Shown in pieces: positions 1-9,232 of a DNA stretch of 34,407 nucleotides (position 1 is its first letter; each line of letters begins with the position of its first letter). The position numbers and the translations under genes are program-made. The stretch is taken from positions 1-34,407 of the IMG/VR virus record IMGVR_UViG_3300011339_000348; one strand, given 5' to 3'. The notes beneath the pieces are model-generated. The model searched no databases. It saw only the letters and a program-made list of their open reading frames with translations, and was not told the origin of the DNA. This DNA is from a virus. Its lineage: Duplodnaviria; Caudoviricetes.

Positions 1-191
1 TTAGCGATGGAATTTACCGTTCAACCGCAGTTGCAAAAAGCGTATGATGAGATTGTGAAAACACAAAACTATCAAACAACATTTCAACAGCAGATACAGC
101 GCACTAATGATCCTGCAACACAAGCAAGGATTCAGGCAGCAATGCAACAGAACGAACAGTATATCAGGCAACAACAGGCTGTAATAGGTCA
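1..191 (+). repeat. Terminal direct repeat, copy 1 (circular overlap)
   Basis: Bases 1-191 (ttagcgatggaatt...gtaataggtca) are identical to 34217-34407 and lie mid-ORF, as expected for an assembly overlap of a circular or permuted genome. Confidence 0.97.
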
Positions 192-636
192 AATGAAGCC
201 ACAGATAGACCAGTTCAGACAAGTTCGTGCTCAACAAGTCGCAGAACGATTGGATCAGGCACGTAAAGGATTTACAGACAAAGAGTTGAAAAACGAATAT
301 GTCTATAATGAACTACGTGATAAGGTTACGAAGTTATGGCCGCAAGCCAAACAAGAAATCATACCTGGTGTTCCTAACATTGACCTCATCAGTAGTGATG
401 AGAACTTACTAAGTTTAGTAAGAGATGGATTACGCTATAGAGACAAACCTTCTACTAAGTCAGCTGGATCAAGTATGGCAGTGCTAACGCAACGCCGTGG
501 ATCAAGTACTCAAAAGGGTAATAATGATGAACTCAGCAAACTTCGTGAACAAGCCAAGGGCGGTGATAAAAAAGCCGCAGACAACCTACTAACACAACGA
601 TTAACACAAATTCGTGGTGCTAGAGGGGGTAGATAA
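1..636 (+). CDS. Capsid scaffolding protein, C-terminal part (continues from 33689)
   Basis: In frame with the ORF starting at ATG 33689 across the overlap (about 387 aa in total). Q/E-rich coiled coil with a basic C-terminus, located between portal and major capsid genes. Confidence 0.8.
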   Translation, partial: LAMEFTVQPQLQKAYDEIVKTQNYQTTFQQQIQRTNDPATQARIQAAMQQNEQYIRQQQAVIGQMKPQIDQFRQVRAQQVAERLDQARKGFTDKELKNEYVYNELRDKVTKLWPQAKQEIIPGVPNIDLISSDENLLSLVRDGLRYRDKPSTKSAGSSMAVLTQRRGSSTQKGNNDELSKLREQAKGGDKKAADNLLTQRLTQIRGARGGR

Positions 637-670
637 AATATAGCCTATATATACATTCAAGGAGAATAAA

Positions 671-1843
671 ATGGCAGAAATTACAACCAGTCAAATTGGT
701 AACGGTACAACAGCATACGGCTCAGACATCGTTGTCAAGGACTTAGATTTAGACGTTTCAAATCGTGTTAAAGACGATACACCTGTACTTAATATGTGTA
801 TGAGTAAAAAGCGCAAAGTTAACTCAACATTGCCACTATGGACAGACGACATTTATCGTGCTCCAGCAGTGCAAGCTCAAGTTGAAGGCGCTACGGTCAA
901 CACTAGTCAAGCTGAATCAAATCAGCGTTTCAACTTAGGTAACTACACACAGATTTTCAGTACAGTTATTGCCGCTTCAGGCACTGCACGTGCTGTTATG
1001 CAATCTGGTGGTGACCCACAAGCATATCAAGAAGTCAAGCAATTGATTGAATTGATGTTTGACGTTGAACTACAACTAGTTCGTCAAGACCAAATCGGTA
1101 CAAAATATGCAGGTCAATCTGGCTCAGCATCTGGTCTACCATCAGGTCAAACAGGTCGTCGTATGGGTTCATTAAATGCATTTGCAGGTACAATGAGTTT
1201 CAATACAACATCAGGTACAACTACTGGTCTAAACACTAGTACTAACAATGAGTCAAGCGATAGTGCTACTACTGCTACTGACACTTTCAACATTGCGGCT
1301 CAAGGTAGCCAGTATTACACAGGTACATTTACTAACCAGTATTTCTCACCTGCGCTATACAAGCAATTGGTAACTGTTGCAGAACAGCGTTACAATGCTA
1401 AGATTCGTACTGTTGTTGCTCCAACATCATTACGTACTAGTTTAAGCGATAATATGCCACAAAGTCGTGGTATCAATCGTGTTGACTCAGCACGTGGTGA
1501 CACAATCAGCACATACGAAGGCGACTTCAACTATACATACGAAATCTATGATTCTTGGATTATGGATCAAGTATCTCCTAATAGCATCTACTTTATGAAT
1601 GAAGATGTTATTCAGTGGGGTAGTTTACGTGACTTAGGTCCTAACAATGAAGTATTCAGTAATGCTGATGCTAGTTTGGATCAGTTCATTATGGAAGGTA
1701 CATTGATTGTACGTAACCCAGCAGGTGTTGGTGTTCTAAACAACATCACTGCAGGTACTACAGCACAATCAAGCTTACCAGGTGCACGCCCAGCGGCTCT
1801 AGTAAGTCGTGTAAACCAAGGTGCAGGCGACGTTACACCTTAA
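671..1843 (+). CDS. Major capsid protein (SU10/DUF5309-like, HK97 fold)
   Basis: 390 aa with a strong SD (aggag). Motifs DLDLDVSNRVKDDTPV, WTDD, NYTQIFS...SGT and EGTLIVRNP are typical of this family. Follows the scaffold gene and precedes a terminator. Confidence 0.88.
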   Translation: MAEITTSQIGNGTTAYGSDIVVKDLDLDVSNRVKDDTPVLNMCMSKKRKVNSTLPLWTDDIYRAPAVQAQVEGATVNTSQAESNQRFNLGNYTQIFSTVIAASGTARAVMQSGGDPQAYQEVKQLIELMFDVELQLVRQDQIGTKYAGQSGSASGLPSGQTGRRMGSLNAFAGTMSFNTTSGTTTGLNTSTNNESSDSATTATDTFNIAAQGSQYYTGTFTNQYFSPALYKQLVTVAEQRYNAKIRTVVAPTSLRTSLSDNMPQSRGINRVDSARGDTISTYEGDFNYTYEIYDSWIMDQVSPNSIYFMNEDVIQWGSLRDLGPNNEVFSNADASLDQFIMEGTLIVRNPAGVGVLNNITAGTTAQSSLPGARPAALVSRVNQGAGDVTP

Positions 1844-1864
1844 TCAAGTATTATAGTGTAAAAC

Positions 1865-1891
1865 AAAAAGGACTCTTCGGAGTCCTTTTTT
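1865..1891 (+). terminator. Rho-independent terminator
   Basis: aaaaaggactc-TTCG-gagtcctttttt: perfect stem, UUCG tetraloop and U tract directly after the capsid gene. Confidence 0.93.
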
Positions 1892-1920
1892 CGTTAGTGA
1901 TAGCAATAATCAACTAACAC

Positions 1921-1926
1921 TAAATA
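1921..1926 (+). promoter_or_regulatory. TAAATA late-promoter-like motif (leaderless start)
   Basis: cacTAAATAcatactATG: just after the terminator, 6 nt before ATG 1933, no SD. Confidence 0.75.
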
Positions 1927-1932
1927 CATACT

Positions 1933-2517
1933 ATGAGCAATATAAATAATCCCGAATACTTAGACGACACTGATCCTGAAAAGAACTATAATTATTATCG
2001 CCAAGACCACGGTGGAATGATTACAAACAACAACGGCGTAGCAGACAAGTTATTACAAAATAATGAACTGTATAATGCTATGAAAGGTAATTGGACCAGA
2101 ACAGAAGCAAGTAAAAGCAAAAACATCATTACAACTACAGGTCGTGAAGATGGTAAGTTTTACATTAAGCGTGAACAATTAAACATTAAACGCATATTAC
2201 AAGATGTAAAAGATTATCGTCAGGCCGCAGAAATGGGTATGCCTGATCCAATGGCACCATTAATGCCAGATGGAACATTAGGTTGGAAATGGATGGAATT
2301 GCCAAAAGTTATTAGTATTCGTATCAGCGATCAATATTTTGGTGGTATGCCGTGGAGTGCTATTAAAAACGACAGAACATTAAAAGCACAATTTTACAGA
2401 GTGGTTGAAACAGAATATCCTCAATATGTGTGCTATCCGGGTGGCAAACTACCCATACCAATAGAAGTATCATATCCTACAAAAGTAGGACAACAAAAAT
2501 TCTTTAGAGGACATTAA
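1933..2517 (+). CDS. Hypothetical protein of the head/neck module
   Basis: 194 aa ORF between capsid and adaptor genes; function from synteny only. Confidence 0.6.
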   Translation: MSNINNPEYLDDTDPEKNYNYYRQDHGGMITNNNGVADKLLQNNELYNAMKGNWTRTEASKSKNIITTTGREDGKFYIKREQLNIKRILQDVKDYRQAAEMGMPDPMAPLMPDGTLGWKWMELPKVISIRISDQYFGGMPWSAIKNDRTLKAQFYRVVETEYPQYVCYPGGKLPIPIEVSYPTKVGQQKFFRGH

Positions 2518-2519
2518 AA

Positions 2520-3704
2520 ATGTTTGTAATTCCAACAGGTGATGACCTAATAACATTCATCAAAGATTTCACAGGATCAACTAATGACGAAGAAATCAAG
2601 AAGTGCATATTTATGGCTGAGCTGAGTATGCGTAACATTGAGCTACCTGCATTACGCAGTGATCCATATGCAGTAGAAAACATTGGGGTAGCAGATGAAA
2701 TGGGACGCATCCCAATTCCAGGTGATATGAACAAACCTATTCTTTTCTTTAAGCAAGGCAGTCAATATACTACAACAGCAACCTGTACAGGCACAATAGG
2801 CACTAACACGATTACATTACAAAGTGCTCCTGCACAGAGTTTACAACCTGGTATGTTTGTTACTGGCACAGGCATTGCACCTGGATGTGTGTTAAACGCT
2901 GTGGGTGGTGGCACTATTGGAAGTGTTCTTACATTAAGTTTGAATAACACAGGCACAGTTAATGGTGAAATTACATTTACCACAGTTGGTAATAGTAGTA
3001 GCCAAACAGGTCCTTGGATTGTTTATGATCGTATTGGTGATAGAGATATTATTACACAGGGTATGATTGCTCAATTATATCTACAGCCAGTAAACGTTCC
3101 AGCAGTTATTCGTGGTAAGTTCAGTGAAGTTTATAACAAATATCAGTTTTTACCATATGTTGCTCAGGGCGATCTTATCAATATGTATTACTACAAAGCG
3201 TGGCCACTATTGTTTGCGCCAGTTGATGATTTACTAATTGACACAACTGCAACTGTTTCAGCAAGTACAGGTACAACTGCAACATTAACGGTAAATGATA
3301 GTAGTAGCGTAATGGTTGGTGACATATTAACAGCAACAGCGGGTGTAGGTGATTTTGGTCCTACCAACAAGGTAACAGTTACACTAGTGCCTACAGGCAC
3401 AACAATTACAATAAGTGGTACTGGCATTAGTGATGGATCAGTAACAGATGTTTACATTACTGACCAAACAGTTCAAAGTAATGCAGTATTACAAACTTGG
3501 GCAGAAGGTTATGTTTATTCAACATTGCGTGAATATTACATCAAACGTCACAATAGTGAAGATGCCGCAGTATACGCACAAAAATATGAGAATGCTTGGA
3601 ACATTGTTGAGGATCAAAACAATCTTGGCAAATGGAGTGGAGGTCACACACGATTGACTTCAGTATGGCAACCAAGACAGTATCGTCAATATAACATCAA
3701 ATAA
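2520..3704 (+). CDS. Head-to-tail adaptor protein with inserted beta-rich domains
   Basis: N-terminal IKKCIFMAELSMRNIEL and C-terminal SNAVLQTWAEGYVYSTLREYY resemble podovirus (SU10-type) adaptors. Two Thr/Gly/Val-rich insertions lengthen it to 394 aa. Confidence 0.7.
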   Translation: MFVIPTGDDLITFIKDFTGSTNDEEIKKCIFMAELSMRNIELPALRSDPYAVENIGVADEMGRIPIPGDMNKPILFFKQGSQYTTTATCTGTIGTNTITLQSAPAQSLQPGMFVTGTGIAPGCVLNAVGGGTIGSVLTLSLNNTGTVNGEITFTTVGNSSSQTGPWIVYDRIGDRDIITQGMIAQLYLQPVNVPAVIRGKFSEVYNKYQFLPYVAQGDLINMYYYKAWPLLFAPVDDLLIDTTATVSASTGTTATLTVNDSSSVMVGDILTATAGVGDFGPTNKVTVTLVPTGTTITISGTGISDGSVTDVYITDQTVQSNAVLQTWAEGYVYSTLREYYIKRHNSEDAAVYAQKYENAWNIVEDQNNLGKWSGGHTRLTSVWQPRQYRQYNIK

Positions 3705-3714
3705 GGTAAAAAAA

Positions 3715-6700
3715 ATGGCAAATGTATCATCAAACAATCTAACAACACTATATTCTGGGGGTGGCGTAAATGTAAGACCAACTTCAGCGTATGGCAATGC
3801 CAATGTTGTAGCATTACTTAATGCAGGAACAGATGGAGCAAACACTGTTACAAACATTGTTGCGACTGGTAATATTACAGCAAATAATATTAACGCAAAT
3901 ATAGTGTATCATAATAGCACAGGAGTTGCAATACAGAGCAATGCTTGGGCACAACTACAATATACCAATAGTAATGTTGCACCAGCAGACCAAACTAACT
4001 TAGGCACTGGTTCTTGGTTTTTTGTAGATAGTTCAGGTGCGGCATTTGAAAGTAATACTACTGGCACAACACATTCAATATTGTTTAGTAATAGTGGTAA
4101 TGTTACAGCAGAAAACTTTATTGGTAATGTTGTTGGTAACATCACAGGTAGTGCTAACTACGCAAACTATTCAAATATAGCAAATACAGCAAATAGCGTG
4201 AGTGTAGCAAATGTAGTTGGAATAGGCAACATTGCTGTAATAAACTTAGATGGTAATGTAAGCAACATTTTACACGGTGATGGATACTGGGGACCTGAAA
4301 GTGGCAATCTAAATGCTAACTTTGCTAACTACGCAGGAAATGTAACTAACTCAGCACAACCTAATATTACAAGTGTTGGCACACTAGTCAATGTATCAGT
4401 TACAGGTAATATTACATCTGTATCAGGTGTGTTTGTTGGTAATGGTGCAGGTTTAAGTAACTTGACAGGTGCTAATGTAAATGGCACTGTTGCTAATGCA
4501 AACTATGCGGCATATGCAGGTAATGTAACTATTGCTGGTCAAAGTAACATTACTAGTTTAGGCACACTAACAGGACTGTCAAGTAATGGAATAGTTGATT
4601 TTGCTAATGCTGCCAACGTAAATCTTGGATCTAATAGTAATGTTCATATTGGTGGTGGTGCGGCTAACTACGCATTGATTACAGATGGTGCAGGTAATTT
4701 AAGTTGGGGGCAAGTGGCAAACGCATTAGTTGCCAACTTTGCCAACTTTGCAGGTAATGTAACTAACTCAGCACAGCCTAACATTACAAGCGTAGGCACA
4801 TTAAGTAACTTATCAGTAAGCGGCAACATTACAAGTGGTAATGCTAATTTGGGCAATCTTGCTGTTGCTAACTTCTTCAGTGGTAATGGTAGTTTATTGA
4901 CTGGCATTATTGCATTAAGCAGTAATTTTGCCAACTACGCAGGCAATCTAATTAATGGCACCAGCAATGTTAATACTAACGGAGCAAATGGAAACATTAG
5001 TGTTAGTGTAAATGGTGTTGCTAATGTTGCTACATTTCAAAATAATAGTATCAACTTAAATTATGCTATTAATACTCCAAATTACATTTATATTGGTACA
5101 AATTCAGGAAATCGTGCTAGTATTAAAAGCAATTTAATTGCTATAGGAACAAATACAGCAACACTAACTAATGTTAATGATACTAGAACTATTGTAATAG
5201 GTCACGAGGCTGCTAGCAGTCTTACTCTTGCTACTCCTGGAAGTAATACTATTATTATTGGGACAAGTGCGGCACTACAAAGTGCAGGAGATAATAGAGT
5301 TGTTATTGGTAGAGGTGCAGGTCAAGCAGGTATCGCTAATAATGTCGTAACTATTGGTTCTGTGGCCGGAACTTGGCCAGGAGATGACAGTATTTCGATT
5401 GGCACAGGCGCAGGTAGCCTTTTAACAAGTCAAACAAATGCAATTGCAATTGGAAGTGGTAGTCAGGCCTTTTCAAATTCTATTGCAATAGGAGGAAGCG
5501 CACAATCAAATGTCGTTAATTCTATTGTGTTAAACGCTACCGGATCAGTATTAACTCAAACAACAGCAAACACATTTACTGTTAAACCAGTTCGTAATGT
5601 ATTGACTGGTAATGCAATGTTTTATAATAGTTCTACTGGTGAAATAAGTTATGATGTTGTTGGTAATCTTGTTGCTGGTAATGCAAACTTTGCAAACTTT
5701 GCTGGTAATGTAACTGTAAGTAGCCAATCTAATATTACTACACTTGGTAATTTATTGTATGCCAATGTAGTTGATAGTGGCAACGTTACTGGTACTAAAC
5801 AACAATTTAGTCCAAATACAATAACTGTTGGTACTAATTCAACCACTAATGCATCATATAACTTAACCACACTATATGGTTTAACAAGTAATCTTGCAGA
5901 ACCAGGATCAAGAGCAATAATTCGCAGTCGTGGTAATAGTGCAACACCTGCTACTGCACAAGTCAATGATATTGGTAGTAGAGAACAAGTTTTCTTTTAT
6001 AATGGAACTACAAACGCTGTTGGATTTTCTACACAGGTAACATTAAGTAATTTAAACAGTAATAGTAATGCATTTACTACTGGTACAACATATAATTTAA
6101 GTGTTGGTAATCCTAATGGTGACCAAGGCAATACTAGCGCATTAAGTGGTTTTAACACATTACAATATGACGCAACTGGTACATTAACATTATTAAATGG
6201 TGCGGCACCAGCTGGTACTGGTGCATTGCAACAAATGCTGTTGGTAAATTATGGTCATACCAGCGGTAATACAAATGCCGCAGTTGGCGGCATAGTAATG
6301 CGTAGAGCCCGTGGCAACCGTGATGCTAATGTAACAGTAGAGCCAAACGATCAATTAGGTCGTGTTGTATTTGGAGGATATAATGGTACTATCTTTCAAA
6401 CTAATCGCACTGCATTAGTAAGAGGTATAGTTGATAGTAGTTATGTTGGTGGAAATGCCAACATACCAATTGGCTTACAATTTATTACTTGCGATAATAC
6501 TACTTCTTACACACATAATTTTTACGCAAATAGTAATGTTGTTTTTGCTACATCAACAACTGTAACAGCAAATGGTGGATTTAACACGACTGGTGTAGTA
6601 AGTGCTACTGGTAATATTACTGGTGGTAATCTTATTACTGGCAATATAACTGCAAGTGGTGGAACTTATAGTTTAAGTAATGGTGCTGGTGGTGCAACTA

Positions 6701-7329
6701 GTTTAAGTTTCATTGGTGATAAAACAACAAACAGCAGTTTTAGTTTGTTTAATGCACAGTTCAGTGTGTCAATGAGTAATGTGAATACTACAACTGGTTT
6801 CAGTCCGTTTAGATTCCAACAATATGCACCTACTAGCAGTGAGTTTGGTGATATGTTTATGTATCGTAGCAGAGGTAATAGTTTGGCCAACTCAGCACCA
6901 GTAGTTGCTGGCGATAAAATAATGCAAATCAACTTTATTACTAATAGTAATAATGCTACTTCAAGTGTTGGAGCTTTTAGTTCAAGTATTACATACAATG
7001 ATAATGCTGGCAATGTTGGATCTAAACTTGAATTAAATGCTGTTGGAACTGGTACAACTGGTTATTTAAATGGTCAAATTAATTTATTAGCAAATACAAC
7101 TGCGGCTAATAACTTTACTGCTAACAATGTAACTATCAATAATAGTGTTAATGGCTTTATGAAGTTATCAAGCTATACAGCGGCGGCATTAACAGCAATC
7201 ACTGGAAGTGTTGGTTGGATGGCGGCTGTAACTAATAGTGCTGGTGGTAGTAACCCAAATGGTATGATTGCATTCTGGGACACAACAAATAGTCGTTGGA
7301 GTTATGTCCACGATAATAGTGCTGTATAA
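3715..7329 (+). CDS. Long tail fibre / adhesin
   Basis: 1204 aa, very Asn/Gly/Ala/Thr-rich. Recurrent ANFANYAGNVT...QPNITSVGTL units and a YadA-head-like xIAIG repeat block (LIAIG, SISIG, AIAIG, SIAIG). Confidence 0.8.
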   Translation: MANVSSNNLTTLYSGGGVNVRPTSAYGNANVVALLNAGTDGANTVTNIVATGNITANNINANIVYHNSTGVAIQSNAWAQLQYTNSNVAPADQTNLGTGSWFFVDSSGAAFESNTTGTTHSILFSNSGNVTAENFIGNVVGNITGSANYANYSNIANTANSVSVANVVGIGNIAVINLDGNVSNILHGDGYWGPESGNLNANFANYAGNVTNSAQPNITSVGTLVNVSVTGNITSVSGVFVGNGAGLSNLTGANVNGTVANANYAAYAGNVTIAGQSNITSLGTLTGLSSNGIVDFANAANVNLGSNSNVHIGGGAANYALITDGAGNLSWGQVANALVANFANFAGNVTNSAQPNITSVGTLSNLSVSGNITSGNANLGNLAVANFFSGNGSLLTGIIALSSNFANYAGNLINGTSNVNTNGANGNISVSVNGVANVATFQNNSINLNYAINTPNYIYIGTNSGNRASIKSNLIAIGTNTATLTNVNDTRTIVIGHEAASSLTLATPGSNTIIIGTSAALQSAGDNRVVIGRGAGQAGIANNVVTIGSVAGTWPGDDSISIGTGAGSLLTSQTNAIAIGSGSQAFSNSIAIGGSAQSNVVNSIVLNATGSVLTQTTANTFTVKPVRNVLTGNAMFYNSSTGEISYDVVGNLVAGNANFANFAGNVTVSSQSNITTLGNLLYANVVDSGNVTGTKQQFSPNTITVGTNSTTNASYNLTTLYGLTSNLAEPGSRAIIRSRGNSATPATAQVNDIGSREQVFFYNGTTNAVGFSTQVTLSNLNSNSNAFTTGTTYNLSVGNPNGDQGNTSALSGFNTLQYDATGTLTLLNGAAPAGTGALQQMLLVNYGHTSGNTNAAVGGIVMRRARGNRDANVTVEPNDQLGRVVFGGYNGTIFQTNRTALVRGIVDSSYVGGNANIPIGLQFITCDNTTSYTHNFYANSNVVFATSTTVTANGGFNTTGVVSATGNITGGNLITGNITASGGTYSLSNGAGGATSLSFIGDKTTNSSFSLFNAQFSVSMSNVNTTTGFSPFRFQQYAPTSSEFGDMFMYRSRGNSLANSAPVVAGDKIMQINFITNSNNATSSVGAFSSSITYNDNAGNVGSKLELNAVGTGTTGYLNGQINLLANTTAANNFTANNVTINNSVNGFMKLSSYTAAALTAITGSVGWMAAVTNSAGGSNPNGMIAFWDTTNSRWSYVHDNSAV

Positions 7330-7511
7330 TGGAATTCACACTCAAACAATTAAGTTGGATAGTCATCGGTAGTTTAGGAATCGGTGGCACCGGCTATATG
7401 AGTATGAACAGTAAGATAGATGAACTATCAACTAAGGTCGCTGTCGTGCATACACAGGTATTAACACTCACTAAACAACTTGACCGCATAGAAGAAAAAC
7501 TAACCAAATAA
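7329..7511 (+). CDS. Small membrane protein (one TM helix plus coiled coil), possible holin-like
   Basis: 60 aa with hydrophobic WIVIGSLGIGGTGY followed by heptads ending LDRIEEKL; coupled to the fibre stop codon (TAATG). Confidence 0.5.
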   Translation: MEFTLKQLSWIVIGSLGIGGTGYMSMNSKIDELSTKVAVVHTQVLTLTKQLDRIEEKLTK

Positions 7512-7543
7512 CGCCTTAAACACCCGTTTTTTGCTATTTTTGA

Positions 7544-7549
7544 TAAATA
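7544..7549 (+). promoter_or_regulatory. TAAATA late-promoter-like motif
   Basis: tgaTAAATAt upstream of the SD (ggaga) and ATG 7582. Confidence 0.65.
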
Positions 7550-7581
7550 TATTTCTATTAGAATAGAATGGAGAGATACAA

Positions 7582-8037
7582 ATGGCAAGAGGAAGACCTA
7601 AAGGCAGTAAATCGTTATTAGAACGATTATTAGAACGAGTTATAATCAATGAAGTAACTGATTGTTGGGAATACCAAGGCGGTAAAAACAACATTGGTTA
7701 TGGAATGATACGTGACGAGAAGAAAATGCGAACGACACATCGTGTCAGTTATGAGGAACACAAAGGACCTATACCACCTGGTATGTGCGTTCTACACAAG
7801 TGTGATAATACAATCTGTTGTAATCCCAATCATTTATGGTTAGGCACACTCAAAGACAATACCCAAGATATGATGAGTAAAGGACGTGCTAAACCTTTTG
7901 GTGGGCATTTAGATACTGGTGGAATGAAAGGTAAGAAACAACCAACAACACTTTGCAAGTATTGTAATCGGTTAATGCCAAACAATAGTTATGCAAGATT
8001 TCACGGGGAAAAATGTAAATCTAAACAAATAGAATAA
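7582..8037 (+). CDS. HNH endonuclease (homing-endonuclease type)
   Basis: CWEYQG...GYG...THRVSY...VLHKCDNTICCNPNHLWLGTLKDNTQDM is a canonical HNH motif. N-terminal RGRPKGS and C-terminal CKYC...RFHGEKCK. Confidence 0.92.
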   Translation: MARGRPKGSKSLLERLLERVIINEVTDCWEYQGGKNNIGYGMIRDEKKMRTTHRVSYEEHKGPIPPGMCVLHKCDNTICCNPNHLWLGTLKDNTQDMMSKGRAKPFGGHLDTGGMKGKKQPTTLCKYCNRLMPNNSYARFHGEKCKSKQIE

Positions 8038-8040
8038 ATA
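8035..8040 (+). promoter_or_regulatory. TAAATA motif ahead of a non-coding structured segment
   Basis: gaaTAAATA overlaps the HNH stop; no sizeable ORF follows before the terminator at 8187. Confidence 0.6.
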
Positions 8041-8043
8041 ATT

Positions 8044-8227
8044 GTGTAGTGAGACACCTGAATTGCATATTTCAGTTATCCTATTATCTACGCCATAGAT
8101 AGTTCCTTTAACCCGTCTCACTACACTTTCGTTTAGTTCATAATAAGAAGTTCGTTATCCTGATTAGTTATCGCAATGATAACTTTGAAGCCTCTAAAGT
8201 TTTAGTCATCTTTAGGGGCTTCTTTTT
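8044..8227 (+). ncRNA. Candidate structured small RNA
   Basis: A perfect 12-bp stem (8044-8055/8115-8126) encloses two hairpins. A further hairpin lies at 8166-8184, then a terminator. Bounded by a promoter motif and a U tract. Confidence 0.6.
8187..8227 (+). terminator. Rho-independent terminator
   Basis: gaagcctctaaag-ttttagtcat-ctttaggggcttc-ttttt: 13-bp stem with one G-U pair, then a U tract. Confidence 0.85.
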
Positions 8228-8336
8228 ATCTACCGTGTATGTAGATACACATCCTGGCGAGATATCCAGTTATTTTATTTTCACTCAAAAAACACACAAA
8301 AAACACGGCTGTAGGCGCCTACAACACAACATTTTT

Positions 8337-8393
8337 TGTTGTTTTTATACAACAACAGATTTTTAGATAGAGAACTGTTGTATTTTTACAACC
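8337..8393. promoter_or_regulatory. Two palindromic operator-like sites TGTTGT-N6-ACAAC
   Basis: tgttgtttttatacaaca (8337-8354) and tgttgtatttttacaacc (8376-8393), just upstream of the sigma70 -35 box. Confidence 0.55.
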
Positions 8394-8403
8394 CCAACAA
8401 TAT

Positions 8404-8432
8404 TTGACAAAGAATAAAGGTTATGTTATACT
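8404..8432 (+). promoter_or_regulatory. Sigma70-type early promoter
   Basis: TTGACA (8404-8409), 17-bp spacer, extended TG, TATACT (8427-8432); SD aaggaa and ATG 8461 follow. Confidence 0.85.
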
Positions 8433-8460
8433 TGATGTAACAAACAACTAAAGGAAAGTT

Positions 8461-8949
8461 ATGGCGTCATTAGCAGAAATCAGGGCTCGTATGGGCATTA
8501 TACAAGAAGAAAAACAAAAGGAAGATAAACCAGATCCAATCACTTATGAACAATATAAAGTATGGGATCAACTAAAAAAACCAAATAAGGTGTCCGATGT
8601 AGATGTGAGAATATATCATCATTCGGATAAGTCATTACACAACACATTGGAATGTCCAAAATGTGAAAGTGAGTATATGCACCATATCGGTGTTGAACTA
8701 TTCAACTGTGAAGAGGATGAACCGGGAGAACATATAGAACTATACCTCAAAGAATCATATGGATGGGATATGCTTAATGTAAAATGCCCAGAACATACGG
8801 TAAATAGTGATATGAAAAATAATCCAAGCAAAAGACGTAATGGATTATCCATTTCATTTGTATGTGAAGAATGTCATCATATACTACATTTGGGTATTGC
8901 TCAACATAAAGGTTTAACACAACTTTCTTGGAGCTTTATGAATGGCTAA
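8461..8949 (+). CDS. Early hypothetical protein with two CxxC motifs (Zn ribbon-like)
   Basis: 162 aa containing CPKC and CEEC; first gene after the sigma70 promoter; good SD. Confidence 0.7.
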   Translation: MASLAEIRARMGIIQEEKQKEDKPDPITYEQYKVWDQLKKPNKVSDVDVRIYHHSDKSLHNTLECPKCESEYMHHIGVELFNCEEDEPGEHIELYLKESYGWDMLNVKCPEHTVNSDMKNNPSKRRNGLSISFVCEECHHILHLGIAQHKGLTQLSWSFMNG

Positions 8950-9190
8950 AAACCTAGAACAACATATTAGAGATAGTTTTATTAAACTAAACGAACGTGA
9001 AGAACTATATGAAAGTCACAACTTACATAGTGAAATATTGACTAATCATTTGGAAAAAGAACGAGATAGTTTGCGTAGATTACAGTTTCTATTATATCTA
9101 ACTATGAAAGAGCAATACCCAAATGAAACTATTGATGGGACTACTATGTTTGAGAAATATCTTTTTGAAATAAAGGTCACATTAAAATGA
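8942..9190 (+). CDS. Hypothetical protein
   Basis: 82 aa, overlaps the preceding stop, SD ggag. Confidence 0.65.
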   Translation: MAKNLEQHIRDSFIKLNEREELYESHNLHSEILTNHLEKERDSLRRLQFLLYLTMKEQYPNETIDGTTMFEKYLFEIKVTLK

Positions 9191-9232
9191 CCAAAAAACA
9201 TATGTTTTTTAACGGTTATTTGCTATAATGAC

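Noticed and set aside
1921-1926. TAAATA as an archaeal or eukaryotic TATA box
   Set aside because: It lies 4-6 nt from start codons rather than about 25 nt, and the genome has bacterial SD sites, a sigma70 promoter and intrinsic terminators.
2504-7013. Many minus-strand ORFs of 60-170 aa here and elsewhere
   Set aside because: Antisense shadows of long plus-strand genes; only 22142-22630 has its own SD, promoter motif and free space.
8044-8126. tRNA
   Set aside because: Multi-branched, but with a 12-bp closing stem, no T-loop GTTC in position, no D-loop consensus and no CCA.
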